Positions 32,447 through 41,686 of a stretch of DNA of 64,000 bases are shown here, piece after piece (within the stretch, counting starts at the first letter, position 1; each line of letters opens with the position of its first letter). This DNA is from an uncultured Chlamydiae bacterium. GTDB taxonomy: Bacteria; Chlamydiota; Chlamydiia; Chlamydiales; JAJFMA01. The translations under genes and the position numbers were made by a program. Under the pieces are notes generated by a model. The model saw only the letters and a program-made list of their open reading frames with translations. It was not told the DNA's origin and searched no databases. The stretch covers positions 1,280,001-1,344,000 of the forward strand of contig CAVQMM010000001.1 of the NCBI GenBank assembly GCA_963713615.1. The letters are read 5' to 3'.

Positions 32447-33094
32447 CGCATAGCATCACTGAACAACTAAAGGACCAAAAGGACATAAAGGACGTAGGAA
32501 ATAAACCCTACAAGTCATTTATGTCCTTTTGAGGTAATTGCAGAAGTCCGATTTTCCGAATTCAATTTCCTGAAAGTCGGATGCCGGTGAAGAGAGAGCC
32601 ATTCCCTTCCCAGGCCCGAAGGGTCGATAATGCAACAGGCCATGGCATCGCCATGGTATATGCCAAAACGGTTTTAGCAGCCTGTAGGGCTGCCATAAAG
32701 CGCATGCATAAATGGTGTTTGTAAACTGGCGTCTTGTAGCAGTCCTTCAGACTGCGAAATCCCTTCCTGGCATATACCATGGCGATGCCACATAGGCCTC
32801 AACCTAACAGGTCTTTTGAGCTTATATCTCAATGACTTAGGACTTCACAATCGTATCTCGGCGCGCAGCGCTTTGGAGTGCGGTCGCTTGCGACCGCTTT
32901 TCGTTCCTTGGGACGGCAATGCTAAACGGCATTGTATGGATTCGTCGAAGGCTGCATGTACTAACTATTTTACCCTTAGGGAATTATAGTAATGCCGTTG
33001 CACACGACCGTCGCAAGGAACCCAAAGCGGTCGCAAGGTAAGCGTCAATTGAAGCCACCTTTTTCGTAATTCCGCGAGGTTCTAAGTTTTCTCC

Positions 33095-33676
33095 ATGACC
33101 CTAACCATGGAGATACTAATGGATTTCAAAAGGAAGCGTTCTGAGTGGGCTCGACGCATAGACCAATGGATGGCGAGCGGTCAGAGTGGCCGCAGGTGGT
33201 GCCTAGAGAACAATATAAGCTACCAGCAGCTCTTGTACTGGTACCAACGCTTTAAAGTTAGCCCGCCCGACCACATTTCCTCGACGGGTTGGATAGACAT
33301 TACCCTGCCCGAGCTCAAGCTTTCGCTTGATCAGAAGAGCGTCTATCTAACCCTAAAGTCTGCGAGCAAAACTCTGAGGTCGTCATATCAGAAAAACAAG
33401 GGTGTCTTTCTCTATCAAGAGCCGATCGATATGCGAAAGGGATTTGAGTGCTTGAGCAATCTTGTTGACAGTTCGTTCTCGGGCGAATTTACCTGCGGGG
33501 CCTACTTCGTTTTTTTAAATCGTCGTAGAAATCTAGTGAAGGTCTTTTACTGGGATGGTAATGGTCATGCCGTCTGGTACAAGCGACTTGAAAAAGGAAG
33601 TTTTCGCAATGGAAGCATTCCAGATTCCGCTATCGATCGTCGAGAATTTCTAATGTTGTTGGAGAGTAGTCATTGA
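33095..33676 (+). CDS. tnpB: IS66 accessory protein, TnpA-TnpB fusion
   Basis: N-half 'W...IDQWMASGQSGRRWC..NNISYQQLLYW' (IS66 TnpA-like); C-half 'PIDMRKGF...FVFLNRRRNLVKVFYWDGNG...KRLEKGSF' (IS66 TnpB). Confidence 0.85.
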   Translation: MTLTMEILMDFKRKRSEWARRIDQWMASGQSGRRWCLENNISYQQLLYWYQRFKVSPPDHISSTGWIDITLPELKLSLDQKSVYLTLKSASKTLRSSYQKNKGVFLYQEPIDMRKGFECLSNLVDSSFSGEFTCGAYFVFLNRRRNLVKVFYWDGNGHAVWYKRLEKGSFRNGSIPDSAIDRREFLMLLESSH

Positions 33677-33720
33677 GCCTAAAATCCTAAAAACAATGTG
33701 CATTTTATTAGATAAAATAC

Positions 33721-33749
33721 TTGATAATAGAGGGGGTCTGTGATATGAT
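33721..33749 (+). promoter_or_regulatory. Putative internal promoter upstream of IS66 tnpC
   Basis: TTGATA-N17-TATGAT with TG extended -10. Confidence 0.45.
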
Positions 33750-33758
33750 TTAGAGCAT

Positions 33759-35303
33759 ATGGAAACCTCAACACTATCACTAGAACAGCTTCAATCGGAA
33801 ATTTATTCCCTGCGAAATGAGAATAGCTTTCTCAAGGAGCAGCTTGAATGGTTTAGGCGTCAGATTTTTGGGAAACGTTCGGAAAAAGTAGTCGACGATG
33901 GCGGTCAACAACTCTACCTGGAAGGTTTCGAAAATCTTGGTTCCGAAGAGCAAAAAGAGACAATAAATGTGCCTGCTCATCGACGGGTTAAGCAGGGGCG
34001 CAATGGCAAAGATAAAATTACGCTTCCAGACAATATTCCCGTTCAACGCTGTATTTTAGATTTGCCAGAGGATCAAAAAGTTTGCCCTACAACGGGTGAA
34101 GCCCTCGTCAAAATTGGCGAAGAAGTCACTCACAAAATAGCGCATACGCCAGGTAGCTACTACGTCAAGGAGCTAGTACGTCCCAAGTATGCATGTAGAG
34201 CACATAGTGAAGAGGGCGTTTTTATCGCAGATTTACCAGATAGCATTTTTCCTCGCTGTCAAGCCGATGAGAGTCTTTTAGCCAGTGTGATCGTGAAAAA
34301 ATTCGCCGATCACCTTCCTTTATTTCGTCAATCGGAAATCTTAGCTCGCGAGGGCATTCTCATCAGCCGACAAATACTTTGCAAGTGGGTAATGCGCTGT
34401 GGATATGCCTTAAAGGCGCTATATGAAGAAATGATTGCTCGCGTGCTCAGCAGCAACAATGTTTTTGTGGACGAATCTCCTGTGGACATGCTTGTCCCTG
34501 GTAAGGGAAAGGTGCACCAGGCTTTTATGTGGGTGATCGTTGGAGGGCAGGAAAAAAATCCGCCTTATCGAGTCTATCATTTTCGCACGGACCGCTGCCA
34601 CAAGCATGCTGTGGAAATACTAGCTGGATATAAAGGTGTTGTCCATTCGGATAAATATGGAGCCTATGAAGCACTGGCTAATAAGAAGCAATTCACTTGG
34701 TGTCCATGCTGGAGTCACATTCGGCGCAAGTTTTTCGACGCTGTAGGTGGCGATAAAAAATTTGTTAGCTGGGTACTGCGCAAGATAAAATATCTATTTA
34801 TGTTAGAGAGAGTTGCTTGGGAACGTTCTCCAGAGGAACGTCTGCGGATAAGACAAGAGAAAGAAGCTCCAATAATAGATGAGCTGACTGCACGCATCAA
34901 GGACCGGCTGGTTAATGGCAAGGCTCTTCCCAAATCGAATCTAAGGGAGGCTCTAGGCTATTATTGCAGCTTAATTCCCCATCTGAAAAACTACACCCAA
35001 CATGCATTTGCGCGTCTCGACAACAATGTAGCGGAGCGAGCGATACGCCCTCTAGCTATTGGCCGCAAGAACTGGATGTTTATTGGAAGCGAGGAGGGTG
35101 GGGAAGCTTCCGCCGTACTGCTAAGCCTGGTACAGACCTGCCGCGCGATAGGAGTCAACCCCCACGAATACCTAGAGGATGTGATGAGGCGCCTGCCAGC
35201 CCATAATTCTCAAAAACTTCACGAGCTTCTGCCCGACGCTTGGGCTGCCGCCAGGCGACAAGCAAAGGCCTCATCCACCTCATCAGCCCCCACTGCCGAA
35301 TAA
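33759..35303 (+). CDS. tnpC: IS66 DDE transposase TnpC
   Basis: 'FGKRSEK', 'KFADHLPLFRQ', 'VDESP', 'CWSHIRRKF', 'DNNVAERAIRPLAIGRKNWMF'. Confidence 0.95.
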   Translation: METSTLSLEQLQSEIYSLRNENSFLKEQLEWFRRQIFGKRSEKVVDDGGQQLYLEGFENLGSEEQKETINVPAHRRVKQGRNGKDKITLPDNIPVQRCILDLPEDQKVCPTTGEALVKIGEEVTHKIAHTPGSYYVKELVRPKYACRAHSEEGVFIADLPDSIFPRCQADESLLASVIVKKFADHLPLFRQSEILAREGILISRQILCKWVMRCGYALKALYEEMIARVLSSNNVFVDESPVDMLVPGKGKVHQAFMWVIVGGQEKNPPYRVYHFRTDRCHKHAVEILAGYKGVVHSDKYGAYEALANKKQFTWCPCWSHIRRKFFDAVGGDKKFVSWVLRKIKYLFMLERVAWERSPEERLRIRQEKEAPIIDELTARIKDRLVNGKALPKSNLREALGYYCSLIPHLKNYTQHAFARLDNNVAERAIRPLAIGRKNWMFIGSEEGGEASAVLLSLVQTCRAIGVNPHEYLEDVMRRLPAHNSQKLHELLPDAWAAARRQAKASSTSSAPTAE

Positions 35304-35610
35304 ATCGCCAGATGGCCTCAATTGACGCTTACGTCGCAAGCGACCGCACTCCAAAGCGCTGCGCGCCGAGATACGATTGTTAGGCTTAGGTTGAGGCCTA
35401 TGTGGCGATGCCATGGCCTGTTGCAATATCGGGCCTGGGAAGGGAGAAAAGCCTGTCTTTCCAGACTGGATAGTGCCACACCACTTAAGCTCTCTAGAAT
35501 CGCCCTCTCACAAAAAAAGGTAACCTTTTTTCCCGAGAATCGATTCTCAAGGGCTCAAATAATTTTGCAATTACCTCTTTTGGTCCTTTGCATTGCCTCA
35601 CAGTCTAATT

Positions 35611-36561
35611 TCAAACTGCTTGTGGTGTGGCCAAAACCTGTCTTGGAAGCTGGAATACGACGTCTTCGATAGTAAACACCACGTCTTCAACGGTAGTGAC
35701 CCCAAAAGCCATCAGAGATTGAATGCAACGCTGCACGATTTCCTCAGGGGTGGAGGCACCAGCTGTCAAGCCGATCACTTTCACATCATTCAACCATTCA
35801 GGTCGAATTTCGGTGTCGTTATTGATGAGATGAGCCTGCACACCACGTCTTCTAGCTACTTCTACGAGACGATTGGAGTTAGAACTTTGCGGATCACCCA
35901 CAACAAGAATCAGATCGGTTTCATCGGCAATTTCGCGCAAGGCCATCTGACGGTTGGTGGTAGCGTAGCAAATGCTCGAGCTGGGTAGCGTCTCGATATG
36001 CGGATATTTTGCCTTGAGGGCATCCGTAATATCTTGTACATCGTCTAGGCTTAAAGTCGTCTGGGTGATATAAAACAGCTTCTCCTCAGGGCCAAAGGTA
36101 AGTTTGACGACATCATCGGGAGACTCTACGATTGTTGTCACATCAGGAGCTTCGCCGGCGGTACCGATGATCTCAACGTGGTTGTGATGACCGATTAAGA
36201 TGATTTGATATCCCATAGCTGCGAAGCGTTTGACAGCGGAGTGTACTCGGGTTACCAAACCGCAAGTGGCATCGATTTCGATCAGATTGCGGCTTTTGGC
36301 ATGTTCTCTAACTGCTGGTGAAACTCCGTGGGCGGAATAGATCACGCGAGCCCCTTCGGGCACTTCGTTGAGGTCTTCGATAAAAACGGCGCCCTTTGCT
36401 CTAAGGCCATCCACAACGTATCTGTTATGAACAATTTCGTGCTTAACGTAAATGGGTGGTCCCCAAAGTTTGAGGGCTTTTTCAACGGTCTCGATGGCCC
36501 GTTCGACACCGGCACAGAAACCTCTTGGTTTGGACAACAGTAGTTTCATGGGAACCTCCAA
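35611..36561 (-). CDS. ispH: 4-hydroxy-3-methylbut-2-enyl diphosphate reductase
   Basis: 'PRGFCAGVERA', 'SAHGV', 'DATC', 'ICYATTNRQ', 'SSNS', 'TAGASTP'. Confidence 0.97.
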   Translation of the reverse strand: MEVPMKLLLSKPRGFCAGVERAIETVEKALKLWGPPIYVKHEIVHNRYVVDGLRAKGAVFIEDLNEVPEGARVIYSAHGVSPAVREHAKSRNLIEIDATCGLVTRVHSAVKRFAAMGYQIILIGHHNHVEIIGTAGEAPDVTTIVESPDDVVKLTFGPEEKLFYITQTTLSLDDVQDITDALKAKYPHIETLPSSSICYATTNRQMALREIADETDLILVVGDPQSSNSNRLVEVARRRGVQAHLINNDTEIRPEWLNDVKVIGLTAGASTPEEIVQRCIQSLMAFGVTTVEDVVFTIEDVVFQLPRQVLATPQAV

Positions 36562-36608
36562 TTTTCGCTGTGATGATACTGCTATGAGGCAAAAAATTCA
36601 AGATTGGT

Positions 36609-36644
36609 TACGGCTCGTGTAAAATTTTAACGCAAAGACGCAAA
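36609..36644. repeat. Short repeat end with ACGCAAAG units, shared with ~49046-49081
   Basis: 'acggctcgtgtaaaattttaacgcaaagacgcaaag' vs 'acggttcgtgtaaatttttaacgcaaaggcgcaaag'. Confidence 0.7.
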
Positions 36645-36722
36645 GGATGGATCACGGCCTTAAATTAAATTTGGGTGAACTTTTATCCCTACAAGCGTCG
36701 TGCCTTAAGGCCGTCACGAACC

Positions 36723-37178
36723 TCATTTATCACGAAGGTGAAGCAGCACACCTTCACAAGCATCTTCCAGCATATCTAGGACAAGGTCGAAACCCGCCTC
36801 ATCGGAATAGAAGGGATCAGGAATATCCTCGTTGTGATAACTGGAACTAAAGACAGTGGCGAGGTGTATTTTAGTCTTTTGCTGTGGGCTTGGCCCCTTT
36901 TGATACAGCTCATACAATACCTGATGGTCAACAGGAAGAATGAGATCAAACTGGTCGAAATAATCGGATTGAAACAATTTGGCGCGCGCTGGTAGGACTA
37001 TACCCCGGCGCAAAGCGGCTGCCTGCATACGTGGATCGGTCTTCTCGCCAACATACCAGTTACCGACGCCGCAGCTATCGACCGTCAGAGGCATATCCTT
37101 AGCGAGATGACTAAGGATTCCCGCCCCTGCCGGCGAGCGGCAGATATTGGCCAAGCAAACAAATAAGACAGCAGGCAT
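36723..37178 (-). CDS. Low-molecular-weight protein tyrosine phosphatase
   Basis: 'LFVCLANICRSP' P-loop; 'DIPDPFY'. Confidence 0.92.
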   Translation of the reverse strand: MPAVLFVCLANICRSPAGAGILSHLAKDMPLTVDSCGVGNWYVGEKTDPRMQAAALRRGIVLPARAKLFQSDYFDQFDLILPVDHQVLYELYQKGPSPQQKTKIHLATVFSSSYHNEDIPDPFYSDEAGFDLVLDMLEDACEGVLLHLRDK

Positions 37179-37183
37179 ATCGT

Positions 37184-39100
37184 CTACGCCTTTAGTGGCT
37201 CGACATCAGCCGCACAGCGGAAGCCATACGTACCGTTAACCGTACCAGGGTTATTGCGATGGCGTCGGGAGCAACGAAGATCTTCCTTAAGACTCTTCCA
37301 ACAACCTCCACGAAGAACGCGATAAACCCCTTGAACGGGACCTGTTGGGTTGTCAGGTTCTTGTAAGGCTTTTTCGTAGTAATTATAGTCGTACCAATCG
37401 TAGCACCACTCATAAACGTTTCCTGCAAAATCATAGAGGCCGAGGGCATTGGGTGGATATGCCGTAACAGCGGTTGTATCAGCACTGAAGTAGTTTGCTA
37501 ATGACTTGTCGACATTCTCTCCAGTCGCGTAAGGCCATTCGCCACCAGCGCCACTGGCAGCAATTTCCCACTCTGCTTCGGTAGGCAAACGCTTTCCGAC
37601 CCATTTGGCATAGGCGGCAGCACCATACCAGGTCACCCCAACCACTGGATGCTTGTGATATCCCGATTCGATACTTAACTTTCCCCCGCTTCGTTTTATG
37701 CGCGAGTCCCTTAAGCGGATGAGATCGCGGTGGAAACTGTCTTTTTCTCCTCCCATGGCTGCAAGGAATCGAACGAATTGTTCGTTAGTGACTGGCTGAA
37801 TGTCGATGGCAAAACTCACTAGAGAGATGCGATGTCGAGGCACCTCGTCGCGCTTACCATCATTACTACCGCGCCAATAGTTGCCTCCGGCGATCACAAC
37901 CATTTCTGTGAGAAGGGGCTCTACCTCAGAGATCTGCTTAGGCACCGGCTGGTATACCTTTACTGTGCTATCGACTTGAAAAGCGCGCTCAGGATGTAGG
38001 TCTATTTCTGGACGCTCCAACTGGCCAGCGCGAAGAAGGGGCTGTAACGCATCTGTAGGTAAGTCAGCGGTCCGTTCACCTCTAAGCTCATGGGTTGTTC
38101 GATATTCAGACGTCGGAACAGAAGGCCTTACCGATGTCGTTACGGAAGGTTGCTGTGCAGCCTTCACTGCAGCAACAAGAGAGCCTGGGCGCCGCTGAGG
38201 ATTTACCTGCATGCATTGACGAATCAGTCCATCCCAACCCGAATGGTAGTCAGGAACAAGCTCCGACGGCATCGCAGGCATTCCATCAGGGATTTCACCC
38301 GTGATGATGGTATAGGCCAAAACTCCAAAAGCATAGGCATCAGCGGCTGTGGTGACTCTTATGCCTTCGGCGCGTTTTTGCTCGGGAGCCAAAAAGGCCA
38401 AAGATTCCAGGGCTGCCAGATGCCATGCTTCACCTGGTGCGTCAATCTCCATATTCGTAGCAAGAGTCGCTTGCAGCTCCGCTCTAGCCACACCACTTAA
38501 AACTGTGGCGTAGTTTTTAGCGATCGCTTGAATAGCGCCGATGGTTGGAGAAATGCCAAAATCACTGACATAGACTTCGGGATGACTAGGACCCTGACGC
38601 ACCAGAACGTTAGAAAGCTTAAGACCTCGATGAATAGGTTTAACGCCATCAAGATCAAGGCCATGTGCATAATCAAGAGCATCAGCAATTTGAATCAGGA
38701 CCTCATAGAGGGTACCTTCATCAAGTCTGCGGCCCTGGCTGGCAAGAAACTGACCCAGGTGCATTGACGAACCCCGTTCATCCACGATGGCATCAGTGAC
38801 CAAGAAATAATGATCATTAATACAAGACACATTGTGTATTTTGACGAGGTGAGGATGATCAAGCTGAGCAAGGACGCCAACATGATGTTGAAATCTCTCA
38901 AGAAAACCGGGTTGCTCGGTGAGCTCTGCCGCGAGAACTTTGAGGACAAAGTTTCTCTTTAGAAAGCGGTGTTCTGCAAGATAGGTCTCCCCCAGATTAC
39001 TCCCGCCCAGCTTTCGCACAATGCGGTAATCGCCAAGAGAAGCCAATGCAGATACATCCTCTGTGGTAGCTAGAAGCCCATCATCCATTTCTGCCTTCAT
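37184..39100 (-). CDS. pkn1: Ser/Thr kinase fused to an FGE-sulfatase domain (chlamydial Pkn1)
   Basis: Kinase motifs 'HRGLKLSNVL', 'SDFG', 'APE'; C-terminal 'RLPTEAEWE', 'GNVYEW', 'GFRC'. Confidence 0.88.
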   Translation of the reverse strand: MKAEMDDGLLATTEDVSALASLGDYRIVRKLGGSNLGETYLAEHRFLKRNFVLKVLAAELTEQPGFLERFQHHVGVLAQLDHPHLVKIHNVSCINDHYFLVTDAIVDERGSSMHLGQFLASQGRRLDEGTLYEVLIQIADALDYAHGLDLDGVKPIHRGLKLSNVLVRQGPSHPEVYVSDFGISPTIGAIQAIAKNYATVLSGVARAELQATLATNMEIDAPGEAWHLAALESLAFLAPEQKRAEGIRVTTAADAYAFGVLAYTIITGEIPDGMPAMPSELVPDYHSGWDGLIRQCMQVNPQRRPGSLVAAVKAAQQPSVTTSVRPSVPTSEYRTTHELRGERTADLPTDALQPLLRAGQLERPEIDLHPERAFQVDSTVKVYQPVPKQISEVEPLLTEMVVIAGGNYWRGSNDGKRDEVPRHRISLVSFAIDIQPVTNEQFVRFLAAMGGEKDSFHRDLIRLRDSRIKRSGGKLSIESGYHKHPVVGVTWYGAAAYAKWVGKRLPTEAEWEIAASGAGGEWPYATGENVDKSLANYFSADTTAVTAYPPNALGLYDFAGNVYEWCYDWYDYNYYEKALQEPDNPTGPVQGVYRVLRGGCWKSLKEDLRCSRRHRNNPGTVNGTYGFRCAADVEPLKA

Positions 39101-39122
39101 AACACCACAAGCTCCCTATTGG

Positions 39123-40361
39123 TTAGTGCTGGGAATCGATCATTTTTTGCGCGTGATCCACCGCTCGGCTACGTGTGTACCAGCTTCGCGCGCTGTTAAC
39201 AAAGTCCTGGGCGAGATCACGATGTCCCGATGAAATAGCTGCCTGGACGTAAAAGCTGAGATCCTCTCGAGCGATCATGATATTGCCCTGTACAATATTG
39301 TTCAAGCTCGCTGCTACAACAGCGGCTTTTTCTGCCTCGCTAGCAAAAGATATCGCCATCCGATAAAGACTGGCATCCTTGGGATTTTGTGCGATCGCCA
39401 GTGCCGTATTTTTACTGACAGCCTGACGTAACTCTTCCCTTTCCGCAGGTATTCGCCCTCTTTGCCACAACTTCAAACTTAATAATGCCTTACTTTTATG
39501 CGCGAGATAGTGGTCTGGATAATGACAATAGGAGCTGTAAAAAAGAGGAAAAAAATGATCAAACTCTCCCAAATTGGCATAGGCAGCTGCGACAAGAAAA
39601 CCCAATAAATGGTAATTTGGCTCGCGTTGAATCACTGGAGCAAAGTCGCGTCGGATGTCCTTAGCCCCTTTTGCTGCCAGGGGTCCTTGGTTGGCGAGGT
39701 AGACACTCAAGGCATCCGAATACAGCCGCTGTTCTTCCGGTGCTACAGCAGACGACGAGTCTAATGGTGCATGATTCAGGGCCTCAAGGAATATTTCAAA
39801 AGAACTTTCAATCTCCTGATCTTTGCTATAGGCGAGGGCCATCTGAAGCTGAAGGGCGGATTTGTCCACTCCTGATAGTTTGGATAGCCAACGCTGTCCT
39901 AAGGCTATGGCTGCCTTGCAATCCCCCCGCTGCACCAGCTGCGCAACCTGCTGAATCGGCTTTATACCACAATCGGCCTGAAACTTTGATTTGGACCCAC
40001 GCGGAAGCTCCCGCGATTCAACGATCGCAAACGGGTCAATATTAGAAATATGGACCCGTTTGCGATCGTTGAATCCCGGGGCTTCGGCGTGGGTCCAAAT
40101 CAAAGTTTCAGACCGATTGTGGTATAGCTCAGGGGTTTCCTCAGCGGAAAGACAGCAACTAAGTAAGCATAACATAACCACAAAGCTATACCACACTCGG
40201 TCATAAATTTGGAATTTGGACCGCGCCAAAGCCCCGGGATTCAACGATCGCAAATGGGTCAAGATTAGAAATATGGACCCATTTGCGATCGTTGAATCCC
40301 GGGGGCTTTGGCGCGGGCCCAAATCCAAATTTATGACCGAGTGTGGTATAAAATGGCGCAT
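39123..40361 (-). CDS. Predicted secreted helical/TPR-like protein carrying two in-frame palindromic insertions
   Basis: Removing the two inserts gives MRHFSFVVMLCLLSCCLSAEETPELKPIQQ..., a signal-peptide-like N-terminus. Confidence 0.75.
   Translation of the reverse strand: MRHFIPHSVINLDLGPRQSPRDSTIANGSIFLILTHLRSLNPGALARSKFQIYDRVWYSFVVMLCLLSCCLSAEETPELYHNRSETLIWTHAEAPGFNDRKRVHISNIDPFAIVESRELPRGSKSKFQADCGIKPIQQVAQLVQRGDCKAAIALGQRWLSKLSGVDKSALQLQMALAYSKDQEIESSFEIFLEALNHAPLDSSSAVAPEEQRLYSDALSVYLANQGPLAAKGAKDIRRDFAPVIQREPNYHLLGFLVAAAYANLGEFDHFFPLFYSSYCHYPDHYLAHKSKALLSLKLWQRGRIPAEREELRQAVSKNTALAIAQNPKDASLYRMAISFASEAEKAAVVAASLNNIVQGNIMIAREDLSFYVQAAISSGHRDLAQDFVNSARSWYTRSRAVDHAQKMIDSQH
39963..40126. 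mobile_element. Family H TA-flanked palindrome, in-frame copy 1 (net 162 bp)
   Basis: TATACCAC...GTGGTATA with ~74-bp arms around a short AT-rich loop. Confidence 0.9.
40187..40350. mobile_element. Family H TA-flanked palindrome, in-frame copy 2 (net 162 bp)
   Basis: TATACCAC...GTGGTATA; core 'gattcaacgatcgcaaa' shared with copy 1. Confidence 0.9.
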
Positions 40362-40475
40362 CAGTCATACCTTTGCTAATAGCAAAGAAATGTAGCGGAA
40401 TTTAAGCGAAATTGCAAAGAACATCGGGGGAGGGGTCAATGGACAAAGGATCAAAGGGACGAAAAGGACCTTAAG

Positions 40476-40965
40476 GAGGTAATTGCAAAATTATTTGAGC
40501 CCTTGAGAATCGATTCTCGGGAAAAAAGGTTACCTTTTTTTGTGAGAAGGCGATTCTAGAGAGCTTAAGTGGTATGGCACTATCCAGTCTGGAAAGACAG
40601 GCTTTTCTCCCTTCCCAGGCCCGAAGGGTCGATATTGCAACAGGCCATGGCATCGCCATGGTGTATGCCAGGAAGGGATTTCGCAGTCTGAAGGACTGCT
40701 ACAAGACGCCAGTTTACAAACACCATTTATGCATGCGCTTTATGGCAGCCCTACAGGCTGCTAAAACCGTTTTGGCATATACAATGGCGATGCCATGGCC
40801 TGTTGCAATATCGACCCTTCGGGCCTGGGAAGTGATAAAAGCCTGTGTCCACACCAGATAGTGCCATGCTGCCTGAGCTCTCTAGAATCGCCTACTAGCC
40901 AAAAAAGATAACCTTTTTTCCCAAGAATCGATTCTCAAGGGCTCAAATAATTTTGCAATTACCTC
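40476..40965. mobile_element. Family B MITE (both ends of the same type) within a family C host (~40438-40984)
   Basis: gaggtaattgcaaaattatttgagcccttgagaatcgattc at both ends, inverted; no TSD visible. Confidence 0.88.
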
Positions 40966-41662
40966 CTTTGGTCCTTTGTCCATTCCCTACAAATAAAAGA
41001 TGTGGCGCAAGCGGGGCTTCGCTGCGACGAGTCAGACGGAACGCTTGGTTACCCTCGCAGACAGAGACGATTTTGTGAAGTTTGCCATCAATATAATGTG
41101 CGGCAGTACCTTCTTGAAGGGCGATACCGGGCTTGATTTTGTCCCTTTGAACCCATTTCAGAAATGCAGGGCGTCTTTCCATTTCACTATCATAATGTGG
41201 ACAACAGCTTCCTTTAAGAAAACCCAGTCCTTTTACATTGCCCAAAGGCCATATGGAGTCGGTAACACCCTCCTCAAACCAACAGATAGCTCCTGCACTA
41301 ACTCCTGCTAATACAGTGCCCTTGCGCAGAATTTTTTTGAGAATTTCATCAACACCCCACTCGCGCCAAAGTGCTAACATGCTGCGGGTGTTGCCTCCAC
41401 CGACAAAAATAACATCTTGGTCAGCAAGCTGATCTTGCCAGTTTCTCGGGACCCTACCAAACAACGACAACCAAGAGGGTGTGGCCTTCAAATGATTACA
41501 TGCTTGGTAGAACCCTAGAATATGATCTGTGTTTTCAGCACTAGCTTGGGGTAAAAAGCAAACTTTCGGCCGCTTGACGCCACTTTGACTAAGGACATAC
41601 TTCATCATGCCGATGCCGCGGGCATCTTTACTCATCCCACCAATGGCGATAATCTGTTGCAT
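40943..41662 (-). CDS. pepE: Peptidase E (S51 family)
   Basis: 'IFVGGGNT', 'GVSAGAICW', 'CPHY'; C-terminus GNGQRTKGGNCKII is encoded by repeat sequence. Confidence 0.85.
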   Translation of the reverse strand: MQQIIAIGGMSKDARGIGMMKYVLSQSGVKRPKVCFLPQASAENTDHILGFYQACNHLKATPSWLSLFGRVPRNWQDQLADQDVIFVGGGNTRSMLALWREWGVDEILKKILRKGTVLAGVSAGAICWFEEGVTDSIWPLGNVKGLGFLKGSCCPHYDSEMERRPAFLKWVQRDKIKPGIALQEGTAAHYIDGKLHKIVSVCEGNQAFRLTRRSEAPLAPHLLFVGNGQRTKGGNCKII

Positions 41663-41686
41663 CCGTTTCTTCCTACACCGGTCTAT

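Larger units (their letters stand above)
33038..35332 (+). mobile_element. Complete IS66-family insertion sequence (2295 bp)
   Basis: TIRs GTAAGCGTCAATTGA(A/G)GCCA(C/T)CT; 8-bp TSD GTCGCAAG at 33030-33037 and 35333-35340; empty site visible in the twin near 46980. Confidence 0.95.
32841..35385. mobile_element. Family A element inside D, interrupted by IS66
   Basis: cacaatcgtatctcggcgcgcagcgctttggagtgcggtcgc ... gcgaccgcactccaaagcgctgcgcgccgagatacgattgt. Confidence 0.85.
32791..35402. mobile_element. Family D element (TIR CATAGGCCTCAACCTAA) with flanking direct repeat TGGCGATGCCA
   Basis: Direct repeat at 32780-32790 and 35403-35413; 309 bp without IS66 and its TSD, the same length as the copy at 46741-47049. 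Confidence 0.85.
32531..35577. mobile_element. Family B MITE, 4-bp TSD TTTT, carrying D, A and IS66
   Basis: GAGGTAATTGCA...TGCAATTACCTC; TTTT at 32527-32530 and 35578-35581. Confidence 0.9.
32469..35589. repeat. Family C host palindrome (AAAGGAC units) interrupted by nested insertions
   Basis: Left arm 'aaaggaccaaaaggacataaaggac'; right arm restored as 'gtcatttatgtcc-tttt-ggtccttt' once B and one TSD copy are removed. Confidence 0.85.

Noticed and set aside
33095..33676. TnpB as an RNA-guided IS200/IS605 nuclease
   Set aside because: The motifs are those of the IS66 accessory TnpB (DMRKG, W-D-x-x-G); there is no RuvC or zinc finger.
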